Source: Paraspadella gotoi
Lineage: Eukaryota; Animalia; Chaetognatha
DNA length: 64,000 nucleotides
Reading direction: 5' to 3'
Assembly (NCBI GenBank): GCA_051294375.1
Contig: CM119265.1
Span: 12,950,124 to 13,014,123, forward strand
Positions 34,401-46,800 of this stretch are shown here, piece after piece (positions within the stretch are counted from its first letter, which is position 1; every line of letters begins with the position of its first letter). Made by a program: the position numbers and the translations under genes. A model generated the notes under the pieces. That model searched no databases. It saw only the letters and a list, made by a program, of their open reading frames with translations, and was not told where the DNA came from.

Positions 34401-36974
34401 TTATTTCTCCTGCCTTGTTTGATAATAAAATCTTTATCAAATGCCAGAAGAAAATATTAACGAGTTCTTGAGATGCAAAGCTGTCGGAATCGTAAATTTT
34501 ATTTTAAGCGATATTTTTGCCTAACTAACGGCTTTAATAGCCTAATTAGAATATTTTTAGACTTATGTAGAGTTTGAAAATACTTTTTTATGAAAATATC
34601 TTTTGGAAATATATATCTAGAATGAAAATAAAAATACCATTTGACTGTTATAATTTTCAAAGACGTCCATATTTTTTTAAATTGTAACTAGGACAGTAAA
34701 CAACCAGAATCCCCAGTACAGTAATAATTCTCCATATACTCCATAGTATGACCCCCCTTAGTTAGCAAACTACTAATTTTATTTTCAAACATTGATCAGT
34801 CTGTTCAATTAATATAAATTTCATGATAAGTACCTGATCATGTGAGCATAAACATCGTTTTCGGAGGATATGGTTGCTTGTGCCAAAAAATGAAGTAGCT
34901 GCGTCAAGAGGATTCATTGAAATTATTTTTTAAATAACTTGCTTATTAAAACGTGACCGTAATTCTGAGTGTTCACGTGACTACACAATTATGAAACATT
35001 CACAAGAAGCATTTACCGATACATTATCAGTCTGCTGATTCTGTAATTATGAATTATGCCGCATTGAATTTCTGGTCATATGATTACTTTTTTTGGGTCA
35101 TTATGTGACTGCACAACTGCTAAATTTGACCTGTTCACCAAAAAAAAAACCTTTATAAAGTAATCAATACTCAAAATATACAAACAAAAAAAATATTAAA
35201 TGCATGGTGGACTAAAATCCGCCAACCGTTCATCAGCGGCCATTGGTGCCAGAGGCAAGTCATTCGCCTCCCAACCCAAAGGTCCGGGGTTCTTGCCCGG
35301 TGGTCGCCTAGCAGTTAAGAGGGGCGGGGCGCTTAACCCGCCTATAACACGGTGTTACAGCCTGATCCGAAGCTCAGGGACTGCTTATATTGAACGGTTC
35401 TGTCACTAACACATAACAATAATTACTGTCTCTTCAAATGAATGGATAATTTTTATATTGGTTGTACCAATTTCATAGTATACTCACTACTCACTACTAA
35501 ATATATCGCATTCGCAATCTTAAGACTTACCGTGTCATTATTTTCTGCCTTGTGATTCGGATCGGCACCGAAAAATAATAAAAGCTTAATCAATTCGAGA
35601 TCCTGTTCCGTCAAAGCTAAATTGAGAGCCGCTTCCCTCCCCCACCCAACGGAGTTGGGATCAGCACCATCGACTAAGAGGCGTTCAACAAGGGCAGGCC
35701 CTGCAGGCAATCCGCGTAACAAAGGGTAAGTGAACTCTTCGTGTGGCCCGTCGGGAACATTAAGTGGAGCCGAAACGGGCGCCCGCAAAAGAGTTTCGAT
35801 CATTTCTGCGTCCCTATTTCGTGCCACAAGTCGATGCCACTCATCCAACTCTTCTAATTTTCGCTTTCGTTCGGGGAAGACGTATTTGTCGCGAGTCCAC
35901 GAGCTCTCGCGTATCGACTCGAGGAGGAGTTCGATTGCTTGGGACAAAGGCAAGATGTGCCAGTCAAAAGGTGCATTGGCGCCCCCGTCTGAAGAAAAGG
36001 CAAAGGTCTTGAGGTCGGCACCGGCGTCGACCAGGGACTGGAGGCAGAGAATTCTCCGGTACATAATAGCGACGTGGACGGGTTGAAGACCGCAGGCGCT
36101 TGTTTTGTTGCTGACGTCGGCGCCATTGGTAATCAACTTATCGACGAGACGGTGGTACCCCAGCATCGACGCAATGTGAAGAGGATACGTGCTCGCCATT
36201 AGGTTCATCATTTTCGGGTTATTCAATAACGACTCAAACTGCCCCATTGTTTGACACCGGCGAGCGGAGTCGAGAAGAAGTTTTACACCGTCTTCCTTCC
36301 TGAAATTGGTAGGACGAGACATATTTTAAGAACTTGATGAACTTTTTGTTTGTAAAGAGCTTGAGACACTTTTACAAAGCTATTACCAAAAAAATATATC
36401 TCACCTGCATCTACAGACTCTAATTGGGCCTAATGGTCCGATATCCTTCACTTTCAAAGAGAGAAGGAAAGCTCGAATGAGATCGTCGCTCTGCTGCTCG
36501 CTCTGTACGCTGCTAGGCGGCGAAGGTTGGTCCGTTTCCATGGCATCTGTTGAACTGGTCAAGAAGCAGTATATAACGATTTGCATTCACGTTGCGCGTG
36601 AGCTGTATCTGTTTGTGATATCGCTATCATCGATGATATAAAATCGAGAAAACAAATCACCTTACAGTTCCAGCGGTTCGGGGGTAAATTCTTTCTCTCC
36701 ATCCCAAGCTACCAGGATAAAATCCGGCTAAAGTGTCTATTTCAAAGCCAACTTCATAAAATTGCCAGCAGGAACAGGTAATGCTACTGCTGGTACCATA
36801 AGGTATCCGTCCATGAGAAATGCCGTAACTAGTCTCACCATTGGAGATGGCGCTAAGAAGAAATCGATGATTAGCAAATTGAGAGTTTTCAATAAGTTTT
36901 GACTCAACGGCTTCCAGGTCGCCAGTGACTAACGCCTCGAAAAAAGAAGATTCTTCTTCGACGGAGATGGTCAT
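28472..36974 (-). CDS. Ankyrin repeat and SOCS box-containing protein (ASB family)
   Basis: Multiple ankyrin repeats (YPLHIASMLGYHRLVDKLITNGADV, GETALMDA, TALHSACWCN, TPLYVACHRGHFEVARLLIESG) and a terminal SOCS box PPTLATIVSNWLR...NLPLPVQLKKRL. Exon structure is only partly resolved. Confidence 0.85.
29565..29713. mobile_element. Helentron/DINE-like non-autonomous element with telomere-like tract
   Basis: Inverted ends ttttactttcgccgaccg / cggtcggcgaaagtaaaa enclose degenerate (TTAGGG)-like repeats. Related ends occur at about 10625-10730, 31748, 37126/38460, 44930, 51465-51560 and 54790. The superfamily assignment is an inference. Confidence 0.6.
30801..34757. mobile_element. Nested transposon cluster inside an outer TIR element (ASB intron)
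   Basis: Outer TIRs of about 80 bp (30801-30880 / 34681-34757). Inner palindromic element 31867-32971 (TAGGGC..GCCCTA), element 32980-33562 (TAAGGCGTAG..CTACGCCTTA; flanks CTAACTAC/CTAACTAT), and 33607-33955, which is repeated at about 60576-61178. Confidence 0.75.
32430..32472 (-). ncRNA. Minimal type I hammerhead-like motif (degenerate)
   Basis: Minus strand AACG CTGAAGA A GGCTT gcaacta AAGCC AAAAC ATGT C CGTT. Stem I, stem II and palindromic stem III are present, but catalytic G12 is A. Confidence 0.55.
35204..35437 (+). mobile_element. tRNA-Gly-derived SINE-like element fused to a twister-like ribozyme
   Basis: 73-nt tRNA-like head at 35236-35308 (acceptor GCGGCCA/TGGTCGC, T-stem CCGGG/CCCGG, TCGCCTCCCA anticodon region), followed 2 nt later by a twister motif. 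Second copy at 57526-57759(-). Confidence 0.8.
35311..35384 (+). ncRNA. Type-P5 twister-ribozyme-like motif
   Basis: GCAGT taa G[A]GG GG CGG GGCGCT T^AA CCC GC CTATAACA cgg TGTTACAG CCTGA TCCGAAGC TCAGG g ACTGC. The conserved GA is GG in this copy. Confidence 0.8.
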
Positions 36975-38558
36975 ATTTCTGGTTTACTGAAAAATAAAAA
37001 GTTCAAAAAAGTTCAAAAAGGGCAATTTTTGTCAAGCACATGAAAAAAGCAATCGAATTTATTTAAATCTAATTTTTTTGAAAAAATTGATCAGCCGTGC
37101 CCCATCGGAAGAAATGAAGGCTAAATTTTACTTTCGCCGTTCGCGGTTATGGCAGCTTTTGAAAAACAATTTAAAAATAGTTATTTTTTTTTTTAAATTT
37201 TTAAAAAATTACCTAATTACGACACGATGCAAGTTAACGTGGCGGAGACTATGCAGAAATAAAAAAAATTCAGTGACTATAAATCGTGCTTTTGATGTTG
37301 TTTTTTTAGATAAATACAAAATATTTTAATGAAAAATCTTATATAATATGAAAGATATGACTAAATACAGGACAAGGACCAAAAAATAAATATTTTTTTA
37401 TATCTTTTATTGTTATAACAAGAAAAAAAATTAAGGTTTGGACTTCTCATGCTGTAATTTGTCCCCTACCTTCAATTAAGTAGTTCAAATTTTTTTTAAA
37501 TAATATTTTAATTTTTATAAATAATAAAAAATAAAAAACTAGTTTATTTTTTAAAAATAATACTTTAAACTAAAAATTTATTTTTTTTTAGTTTAATATT
37601 TTATAGTTTACACAGATCTATTTACAGCTTATAAAAAACCATTAAAAATATTTAATTTTTTTTTTTAATCAGTTAATAAAAATGTTTTTTTATCCCTGAA
37701 AGTAAATTTATTTTTTGAATTTTAAATAGTATGACTGAAAAAAATTATTTCATTTTATGTATGAATGAAGAAATAAAAGTTGGGGCAAACATGAACATAG
37801 TTAATATTAAAAATCAATTCACGTGAAAAAACCAAATAATAAATTTGAATCAATCCAAATTGCTTAAAGTTTTAAAGCCTCTGTATCAAATTTTTATCTC
37901 CGTTAAGTTTTTAATAAATCCAACTTATTCTTTATCTCTCTCTTTCCTTTATATCTATCTTGCTCATTATTTTTCTTTCTTTCATTAAAGATCCTCCTTC
38001 CACGCATAAAACATGTATAATTTTATAAATACATGCAGACAGTAAGATCTTGGTCTCAGCTACAATTTGGTGTATAATTATAATCATTTATAATATTTTT
38101 ATTTATTTGGTTTATATAGTTTAACTGACAAATCAAGCAGTATAAAATTTTATCACAGATTTTTACCAACTCAAATTTACTTTTTATTGCCTTTTTATTC
38201 ATTTTTTTTGGTAGATATGTGAGGGTTATGGTGAAAATAAAAGTTTGGTAAAACCAAACGCGTGGGGTATTATTAATAAAAAGCTTTAAATTTGGTTCAC
38301 AGATAAAAAAATATGCTAAAAATTTGCATAGGTAGGTTTCGTCACGTTAACTTTCATCGTGTCTTACTCTAACTCTAAACCCTTTTAACCCTAACCCACC
38401 CTTAAATCATTCTTAACCTTAACTACTCCCTAACCCCGGTCGGCGAAAGTAAAAGTAACCCATATCGGGCCAAATTGCACTAAACAATTATAAATTAACA
38501 CTGATTGTGATAATTACTTGTGAAATCATAGTTATTATTATTATTTTAAGAAAAAAAT

Positions 38559-40940
38559 TCAGTCAGACGCGAAAAAATCTTTTAAATGCCGTAACTGGTG
38601 CCTCATTATTCCTATTTCTTGCTTAAGAATCGGCGGTAACGGAGCTTCCATCAGCTCTTTTACGTAAGTTTTCAGTCCTGAAGAACGTCGCTCCTCAAAT
38701 GGCCAGGAGAGAATGAACATACAAGCAAATTCCGCGGCCCCAATTGCTTGGACCGACTCCGAGGCTGCACCACAATCTGGGGTGTCGCAACGGTTTTCTG
38801 TGGGCGCAGATGAGCGTCCAAATTTCGAACGGAGAGAAGGATCAATACGTTTAGCTACTACATCGTATACTGGCAAGGATTTTATGGAGGAAATTAAATC
38901 CGAAAGAAGGCAGTTATCCTAAAATTGAAATTGAAGAGCCAGTAACTTTTAAATCATTTCAATTCTAATTTTTATGGAATTTATAGATTTTACTTGCTTA
39001 GTTAGTAAGGAAAGCAAAAATTTAATAGGTCTACCGACAAGCGATTACTCCGATAATCGTACCAGGGGAGTTATCCCGTGAATACTTCGTGCATCTCCAC
39101 AAGAATACCCGCTTCTAGTAGTTAATAAATGGAAATCGTCGTCGACTTTCTCGAAAAGTCTCATAACAACGTCGACTGCCTCTTCAAAGACAGGCGGCCC
39201 TATTATTTCTGTTTCTAACGATGAAATATCCAAATCCCGGATAAATTGTTCGACGACCGAACGAATTTCCTGAGGCGCATTCACGCTGAAATATTCGGAA
39301 GCTTTAAAGAAGAGATGAGACTCGGGAGCAATGATAGAATCCAGGCGCTGCACCAAAAAAAAGCCGCGGCTACGCCCAGTTGTTACGTCCACTTCTAACA
39401 TGGCTTCCCATAGTAACGAGAGGGGTACCCAATGAGGGGGGTACTTGAACCTAGCGGTGTCCAGAATCAGAACCATGTCTCGGCCGAAATGATATCCGCC
39501 AACTGGTGAAAAGTGTCCACTCCCGGTTTGTGAAAGAATTCGCCGCGAGTAAGAGCAAACCACAAAAGCATCGTCACGGCGGCACAATTCTTGTAATAGG
39601 TCACGGAATTTACAAATATCATTTTCCAACACATTATCGGGTCGTATCGTTTGGACCTTAAGGCCGTTGCATGCTGCCAGACAGGAAAACTCCTCCATCG
39701 TAATACCATCGGTAGCGATTTTAGTTAAAGGCACGCAGCAATCCAGCATATTCTCGTGGTACCACCTCCATGGACCCTTCCAAACACGCCCGGGATCAAC
39801 GGCTAAAATCAAAGAACGAAGAAAAAGGACTAACTCGTAAGTGAATTCTTGCAAAAGCTTTCCAATCTTAAGAAGAACTGCAAAATTCTCACCCAATGCG
39901 TTAAGCGTCATAACCAGCGTGGTCAGGCCACAAAAGGCCGGCTCGTCTTGAGTCCTAAACTGGGCGGCCAGAGGAAAGTAACAATTCATGAACCCATCAT
40001 TCAATGCTTCAGCGAAAAGCTTCTTGCCTTCTACAGACCCAAACGCAATACATGTTTTGGGGAGAGTCCGTCTAGAAAACAAATTAATTAATTAAAGTTC
40101 GGCGATCCTAGATTTTTTTACATTCGAGAGGCTAATAAGAACAGGAAAAGAAAAGAAAAGAAAAGAAAAGAAAAGAAAAGAAAAGTAAGAAAAGCAAACA
40201 ATATCGGATCTGCCCACGATCATTATCGGTAATTAATAAATAATTTTATTTTTACTTTTTCCTTCCGAAAAATTATCCTCCTCCATTCCATTTTGTTCCT
40301 CTTACTTTAATTCATTAAGAAAAACCTTGCTCTTCGTTTTCCCAAAGACCTCTGGAGCGTATTAATCTCCAGGAATGCCTAAAGTTTAAAGCGTGAAATT
40401 GGGATGGAAAACGGAAGAAAAAACAGAAAAAAAGTTTTAAAAAAATTAACATGCAATAAACTGGGCATCTAATAAATGCTGCAGATTCTGGCAATCTAAG
40501 AAATTGATAAAAGACCAATTATTAAGATATATCTTAATAATTGGTCTTTTGCTATGCACATTAAATATTTAAGAGTAATTTAACTTTTTACCAATTAAAA
40601 ATTTAATTGATAGAGAATTACAAAATTGCAGAATTATAAATATTCAAAATGTAAGGAAGGCAGACCGATAAATAGACTGAAAGACCAACCAAAAACTGAC
40701 TCATTGCGTTGCTCTAAGAGTATTCGCGGCGCAACTAAAAACTATTTAATGCAATATCCAGGTACATTTTTAAACAATTTAAATTTAAGAACCTTACCGA
40801 TAAAATTGTCGAACACTTTCACCATCGGAGCTTTTTGGTTGAATTGCATCGTCCACTCGTGACTTGCTTTCACCGCACTGAGGTTTTCCGCCACAACAAT
40901 CAACTTCTGTAACACATTTGCTTCTACTCATTACAGACAT
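38559..40940 (-). CDS. pcs-1: Phytochelatin synthase (glutathione gamma-glutamylcysteinyltransferase)
   Basis: Exon 1 ([22 protein letters not shown]...QFYR) splices to [23 protein letters not shown]. Catalytic triad motifs [14 protein letters not shown] and [13 protein letters not shown] are present, plus [16 protein letters not shown]. Last exon 38559 to about 38918. Confidence 0.95.
40145..40185. repeat. (AAAAG)n microsatellite
   Basis: About 8 perfect units in PCS intron 1. Confidence 0.9.
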
Positions 40941-41500
40941 TTTTGAATGATTAAAAGAAAGAGCCGAAACGAAATAGTTGTTGCAATTTTGTGGGCGGAA
41001 AGCCAGAGACGAGGCATAGTTTTCATAAAAATATAAGCTCCTGTGCAAAATCTTCATACCTCAGAGATCATCTTGCAAGAGTACCTTTTTAATATCAAAT
41101 CAGGATAAAAAAAATATAGACAAGATTACAGATGCAGATTACAGGTGTTGGAATTTTCAAAATTAAAATGAGTGTACTAGAGAGAATATGATCTCTCTGT
41201 TTGACAATATGAAGAATTAAACTTTAAAAAAATGAAGTTTTATATTCTGTAGCAGAGGATCTAGATCTTCAGAAACAATCGTACGAATCATAAAATGTAT
41301 TCCTCGATCTGAGATGCAATTGAGCCACGTCGAAGGTTTGCTTATATTGATATCCTGGTATTGAATGAAAAAGGAAGAAATTTAATTACTGAAGTGACCG
41401 AGAGGAGAGAGGGTCTACATGTCTCTCTGTGATTATGGATACTGGATAGCCCCACACTTAGTGTGCCCAGTGGGTCTGGAAGATTTTTCCGTCAGTTGAT

Positions 41501-41574
41501 TTGCTTTCCGGAACTACGGATCCGGCGGTAGGCTTGCTACCGGTGGTTTAACCGGCCCGTCACTCTTTTTGCAA
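41501..41574 (-). ncRNA. Type-P5 twister-ribozyme-like motif
   Basis: Minus strand TTGC aaaaa G[A]GT GA CGG GCCGGT T^AA ACC AC CGGTAG caagc CTACCG CCGGA TCCGTAGT TCCGG aaa GCAA. T2 is AC/GT (compensatory vs GC/GC). It lies in a GC-rich island at about 41390-41580. Confidence 0.82.
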
Positions 41575-43837
41575 GGACTGTTTTTTTTTCTGGAAAGAAA
41601 AAGAAAACAACATGAATGAGGAATTGAGGATATACGGTCTTCCAAAGCGGCATCAACAATCAAAATATAAATTATATACTTTAAACATTAAATACCTTGA
41701 TTCTCTATTCGAATTTGATTTTGTTCATTATTCATTATTCCTTTCATTCTCGCGAACACATAAAATTGTTGTCCACTTAAAAAATGAAAAAAAAAACAAA
41801 AAAAAAACAAAGACAGAATTATACCGTCAAGCAAGATTGATGTTTTGTTTGTATAATTGCCGACAATACCGCTTGACTTTCTTTCCCTCAATATGGTTTG
41901 GGACCCGGTCGAGCGTTTCGTCTTAACTTTAGAGCCGAATTGTCTGATAGAAAAAAAAATAACATTTCTTCGGCGGGAAGAGTATTGACGCCGCGAAGCT
42001 TGTCATAATGATTGGACTGGGAAGAACAATTCCCTTGAATGTAAACACTTTTTCCAGCGCCTTTCTGTCTGTAAAGTCCGGACGATCATCTACAACTCAG
42101 ATGCTCTTTTATATCGGAGATATTGACGTTAGTCTCCTCTCTTTCGCGATCATACGAGATTCTGGTTTGAAACGGGACTCTTCTCCAAAATAAGACGTTT
42201 AAACAGTTTATTCGTGGACGCTGCCGTGGACTTTTCCTCTACCTTTCGGTGCACATTTCGTGGATTTGATTATTTACTTGTTTGATTATTATTAGATTAT
42301 AGTTTGCTTATTATTGATTGTATTGTATGAATTTATATATGCTTTGATTATTTTATTAAGGTACTAAATATAGACGGGAATCACGTAACTTTCAAGAATA
42401 AGCATTTAAAATAAACATTTGCGGCGCCATTGGTCTCGGGGTCTTCAGTCCGTTTGAGGCTCTACGTCTTCTTCCGTCTACCCCCCCCCCGGGTCCTGGA
42501 GGGGTTTCTTCAGCTGGTACATCTACGGCCGGGAATCCGTCTTCAAATGGCGTGACGAACCGAAGTCGACCGTCTACCCCCCCCCGGTCCTGGAGGGGTT
42601 TCTTCATGTCGCTCTCCAACGAGGCAATGCAAACCTCATGACAAACTTTTCCTAATTAGACCGACATTACCTCCGTCTTTGAATTTCATTTTTTAAACAT
42701 ACAATCGTTCGATATTCAAATTTATCAGAATGTGTTAAATTGTTGTCTCTTTTTCCGTTCAGAAAAAATCATAATGATTTCTTACATTTTAAATGCGTTC
42801 CCTTTATTATTTTTTTTCTGAAAAGAGAAAGACGGACAAAATATTGTTTTAAATAATAATAAAAACAAAAATAGTCTTTTTCGAATTCTCTGTCGATGTT
42901 CAGTACCAGTTTTAATTTTCTAAAATACTATTTTCCACGCTACTTATAGTCTGTCCTAAAACGCCCCCGAAAATATTCTCCTCCACCCCGGCGAGATACT
43001 TCGGTAGTCCAGAGATGTTTCAAAGCCATGTTTTGCCATTCATACAATACACAAAACTATATCAAAATCATCATTTAAACATTCAATAAAGTTACAAAAA
43101 TAAATACCGATTCAGAAAACCAATGAATAATATTCATTGAATATACTCTAAAAATACTTAATTTCGACAAAAGAAATAAATCTGAAGCACAACTTACGAC
43201 GATCACGAATGCAGAAAAGATCATGAACAGTAAATCCTTATGACGACGGATATCACGATTCGCAAATATTTGGATCTTAATAAAGCCTAAAATCAAATAA
43301 ATAATCGAAATCGTTATCATGCAAAATCACAGAATGACAAGAAACATCCATATCAAATGATGAACGAATACTTTTTGTATACATGTTGATATTTTTGTTT
43401 AATGTTTATATTCCTTCAACCACATATAACGAAATGTAGAAATCAGGTTAATTCAGGGAATTACCTACATAGCATTGTTAGATGGTAACCAGGTCCGCTT
43501 TATAACGTCATGATTTCGAAACATGGGAATTGCGGCGGCCTTCTGGGTTGAATTTCCCATATTTGCGAATCTACTTCGGTTAAAGAAAAAAACCAGTGGA
43601 TATATGGCCACTGACTTACTTCCGTCCCTAACACTCTTCCTGTATTTAAATAGAATTTCTGCCTCTACTTTTTAATATGCGCCACCAATTAAATGTATAT
43701 TCTGTATATAGTTTTTTGAAAAAACATTTAAAATGCATTTTAAATTCATTGATGGACGAAAACGATTGAGTATTAGCGGCAGTATGATTGTTTACAAACT
43801 TTTTTTCTAGAGAATGTTTTAAAACTCAACGTTCGAA

Positions 43838-46800
43838 ATGGCAAAACTCAGTGAAAAACTGATTCTTGAAAAAGCGGGGCCATCAGGAGTCACGTCATGT
43901 GGGGAAGTGATCAATCTCGATCTGTCGTCAATGCAGATTAAGGTACTGCTGAATAATTTGATTACATTATTTTGTTCCTTTCTTCAAAGTTAGCCTTTAC
44001 GACAATTACCAGGACATTGACGCTTCTTTGTTCAACCAACTGGTCAAGATCGAAGACTTGAATCTTTCCAACAACAGAATTCGGGAGTTTCCAAATGGCG
44101 TCATTCTACCATCTTTAGAAAAACTCGACCTTAGTGACAACACTATTGCTTCCGTCAATTTTCTCAAAAACTTTCCAAAATTAAAGAATATCGTTTTGAC
44201 CGCCAACCCCATTGAAGAAGCGGAGAAGTATTTGGCAGTTTATCTGCTGCCTAAGGTAATTGAGATGTCAGTTAAGTTTAATTCAGTCGAGTCTTGCCTC
44301 TGGATTACTACCCGTTTGATATTTAACTATTATTAGATTATTAAAAACTTTTAGAATTTTTTGTGTAATAATTTTTTATCTCGCCAGACGGGCCTAGGCC
44401 AGTCTTGGGCGTGATTAATGTTTACTCTTAATAGTGACGTCCTTGTCACGCTTTTTTACAATTAGATATTGTAAAAGTTTGCAATTAGATATTTATTAGA
44501 AATTTAGATATGGCTTCTCAGCATCAACATCTTTTAAATTGACATGTTTCATTGTGATACAACTATTTATCTCAATTCTTTTATTTATATTAATTAAATA
44601 AATTTAATTCATTCATTATATTAATTTCATTTATTCAATTCAATTCATTTTATTTCGTTTTATTCATTCATTGCATTTTTTATACGTTTTCCTTTCAATG
44701 ATTCCTTATCATCGCATCAATAATTCGTTATCATCGCATCAATAATTCGTTATCATCGCATCAATAATTCATTATCATCGCATCAATCATTCGTTATCAC
44801 CCCATAAATCATTCGTAATCATCGCATCAATAATTCTTTTTGTTTTGTTTAAATACTGAGCGATTGATCATTGGGATGTTAAGATTTTTTCATTATTTTT
44901 ATAATAATAATAATAAGCGCAAAAAATCCCAGTCAGCGAAAGTAAAATTTTACCCCAATTTCCTTCCCTAGTTAAAAAGCATCGAGGGATTGGACATAAT
45001 GGAGGTTCGAAAAAAGTTAAATGATGTTGAGGCGCGCGTTAACGATGAGATTCATGCAACATGGGCCAGCAACTTCGAGGAGGCTTACGAAGAGGAAGAA
45101 GAACTCATTGAGTCGGACATTGATATTATGTACTCAAACTTCGTCAAGATCATCAAAAAGACCATTATTTTACCAAAAAGCGAGGAGAAGTTTTTACGAG
45201 TAAGTTATTCACATTAACCAAGTTATAAACTATTGGTTTTTATTTATTTAACATAAATTGATAATAAAAAGAGAGCGGCACGAATCGATACAAATCAGTG
45301 AAATTAAAGACCTCGGACAATGGATATTGTTATAATTATATTATGGTCTGTTAGTGCTATTTAACTATGCATACGCACATTTAATTAATGTCTTTTTAAT
45401 ATTAAAGCTAAGGCAATCTTCGTTTTAGTTATACGACGAAATAACTCAAATCCAATCAACGAAGTTTTTCGAGAAGTTTCGTAACGAGACAGAGTTAGTG
45501 AACCGGAAGAAAAGACGCGTGGAGAAAGACAAGGCGAACGAAATTGCCGACTCGGGTGTAAAGAGGGGTGCCCAAACGAAAAAAGAGAAACGGAAACTAC
45601 GTACGTAGGAAAATCGTTTATTAATCTGATGAGAAATTGAGCATATTTGCTTTTTCTTTCTTAGAAAACGCGGCTCTGCTCTCCTGCTCCGACTACGAAC
45701 CAGTCCATTTCCTCAGGTGCCACTCATTCAACAACGACCCCGCTGACTCAAAAACAAAGATATGGCGTTGCGCCTTTCAACCAAAGCACAAAAACGGGGG
45801 CGTCTCCAACGGTGGTTCTGATGGACCCAGGTCTGTCTATTCTTAAGACTTGCTCTAGTCTTTTGCAAGCTATTCAATATGCATTTACTATATAAACTTT
45901 GCAGGATTGTAGCAACTTGTGGTGGAGATTCCATTTGTCTCATTGATTGTTCAACCGGAAAAGGTAATGCGATTTTATATTGGATACTGCTCTAGTAATA
46001 CAAAGTAGTTTCCTATACCATCAAATACTTATGACATGATATTATCATATTTAAAGGAAAAAAAAATTGTTACAAATATTTTTTTTTTTAACAAATTAAA
46101 CTTTCTCTTTGGATTCAAGGCGCAATGAAAAGAAGGTCGAAACACAATGATATATAATATATACAGGGGTGGGACCATATATCGAGACAAAATTTAAAAA
46201 TTCCTAACGCTAAAACTGTTAATGATTTTCGAAATCTGAATAAAGATTCAAATTATGCTCTATCTTAGCTTTTATCCGATATATTAATCGTTATAAAATT
46301 CTTTGATATAATGCTTATTTTGATGAAGCAAAGGCAACTTCTCTGTTTTCTCCGCGCGGTTTGGAAGAAAAACTTAAGACTACTTAATGTTTAATCCCAT
46401 TCTAAAAACAGGCCAGATAAAATTATTAATGAAAATGCTCATTTATAGTATAAGAATACTTTTAGCATAGTATACATTACATTTTTGTCAAAAAAATACT
46501 GAGGTAAGTAAGGTTCAGGTAAGTTACTATTATAGTCCAATTTTAATTAAAACTGACCTTTATTTAAAAATTTAATAATGATATTGTCTGATATGTAAAT
46601 TTATCATGTCAGATTTCAGAATGCATGATAAAAGGGTCAAGTCAGCAAAAAATACATGAAGTATTTGACGATTTAAGCTTATTCCTTAAAATCTTTTTAA
46701 AATTTTGTTTTACTTACCCTATAGAAGTTTAAATAAGTTTCATTTGGATGGTTATAAAAATCTGAAATTAAAAGAAATTAAAGAGAATTTACATACCACT

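Noticed and set aside
35236-35308. Functional tRNA-Gly(CCC) gene
   Set aside because: The anticodon stem does not pair (TTCGC/CCCAA), the T-loop is GTTCTTG, and the unit is embedded in a dispersed repeat. Treated as a tRNA-derived head.
40794-41057. Separate small gene resembling an arsenite methyltransferase N-terminus (SVRQFY)
   Set aside because: It splices in phase to the PCS catalytic exon to give QFYRRTLP, the normal PCS N-terminal motif.
44705-44835. CRISPR-like array
   Set aside because: Head-to-tail 22-bp minisatellite with no unique spacers, in a eukaryotic intron.
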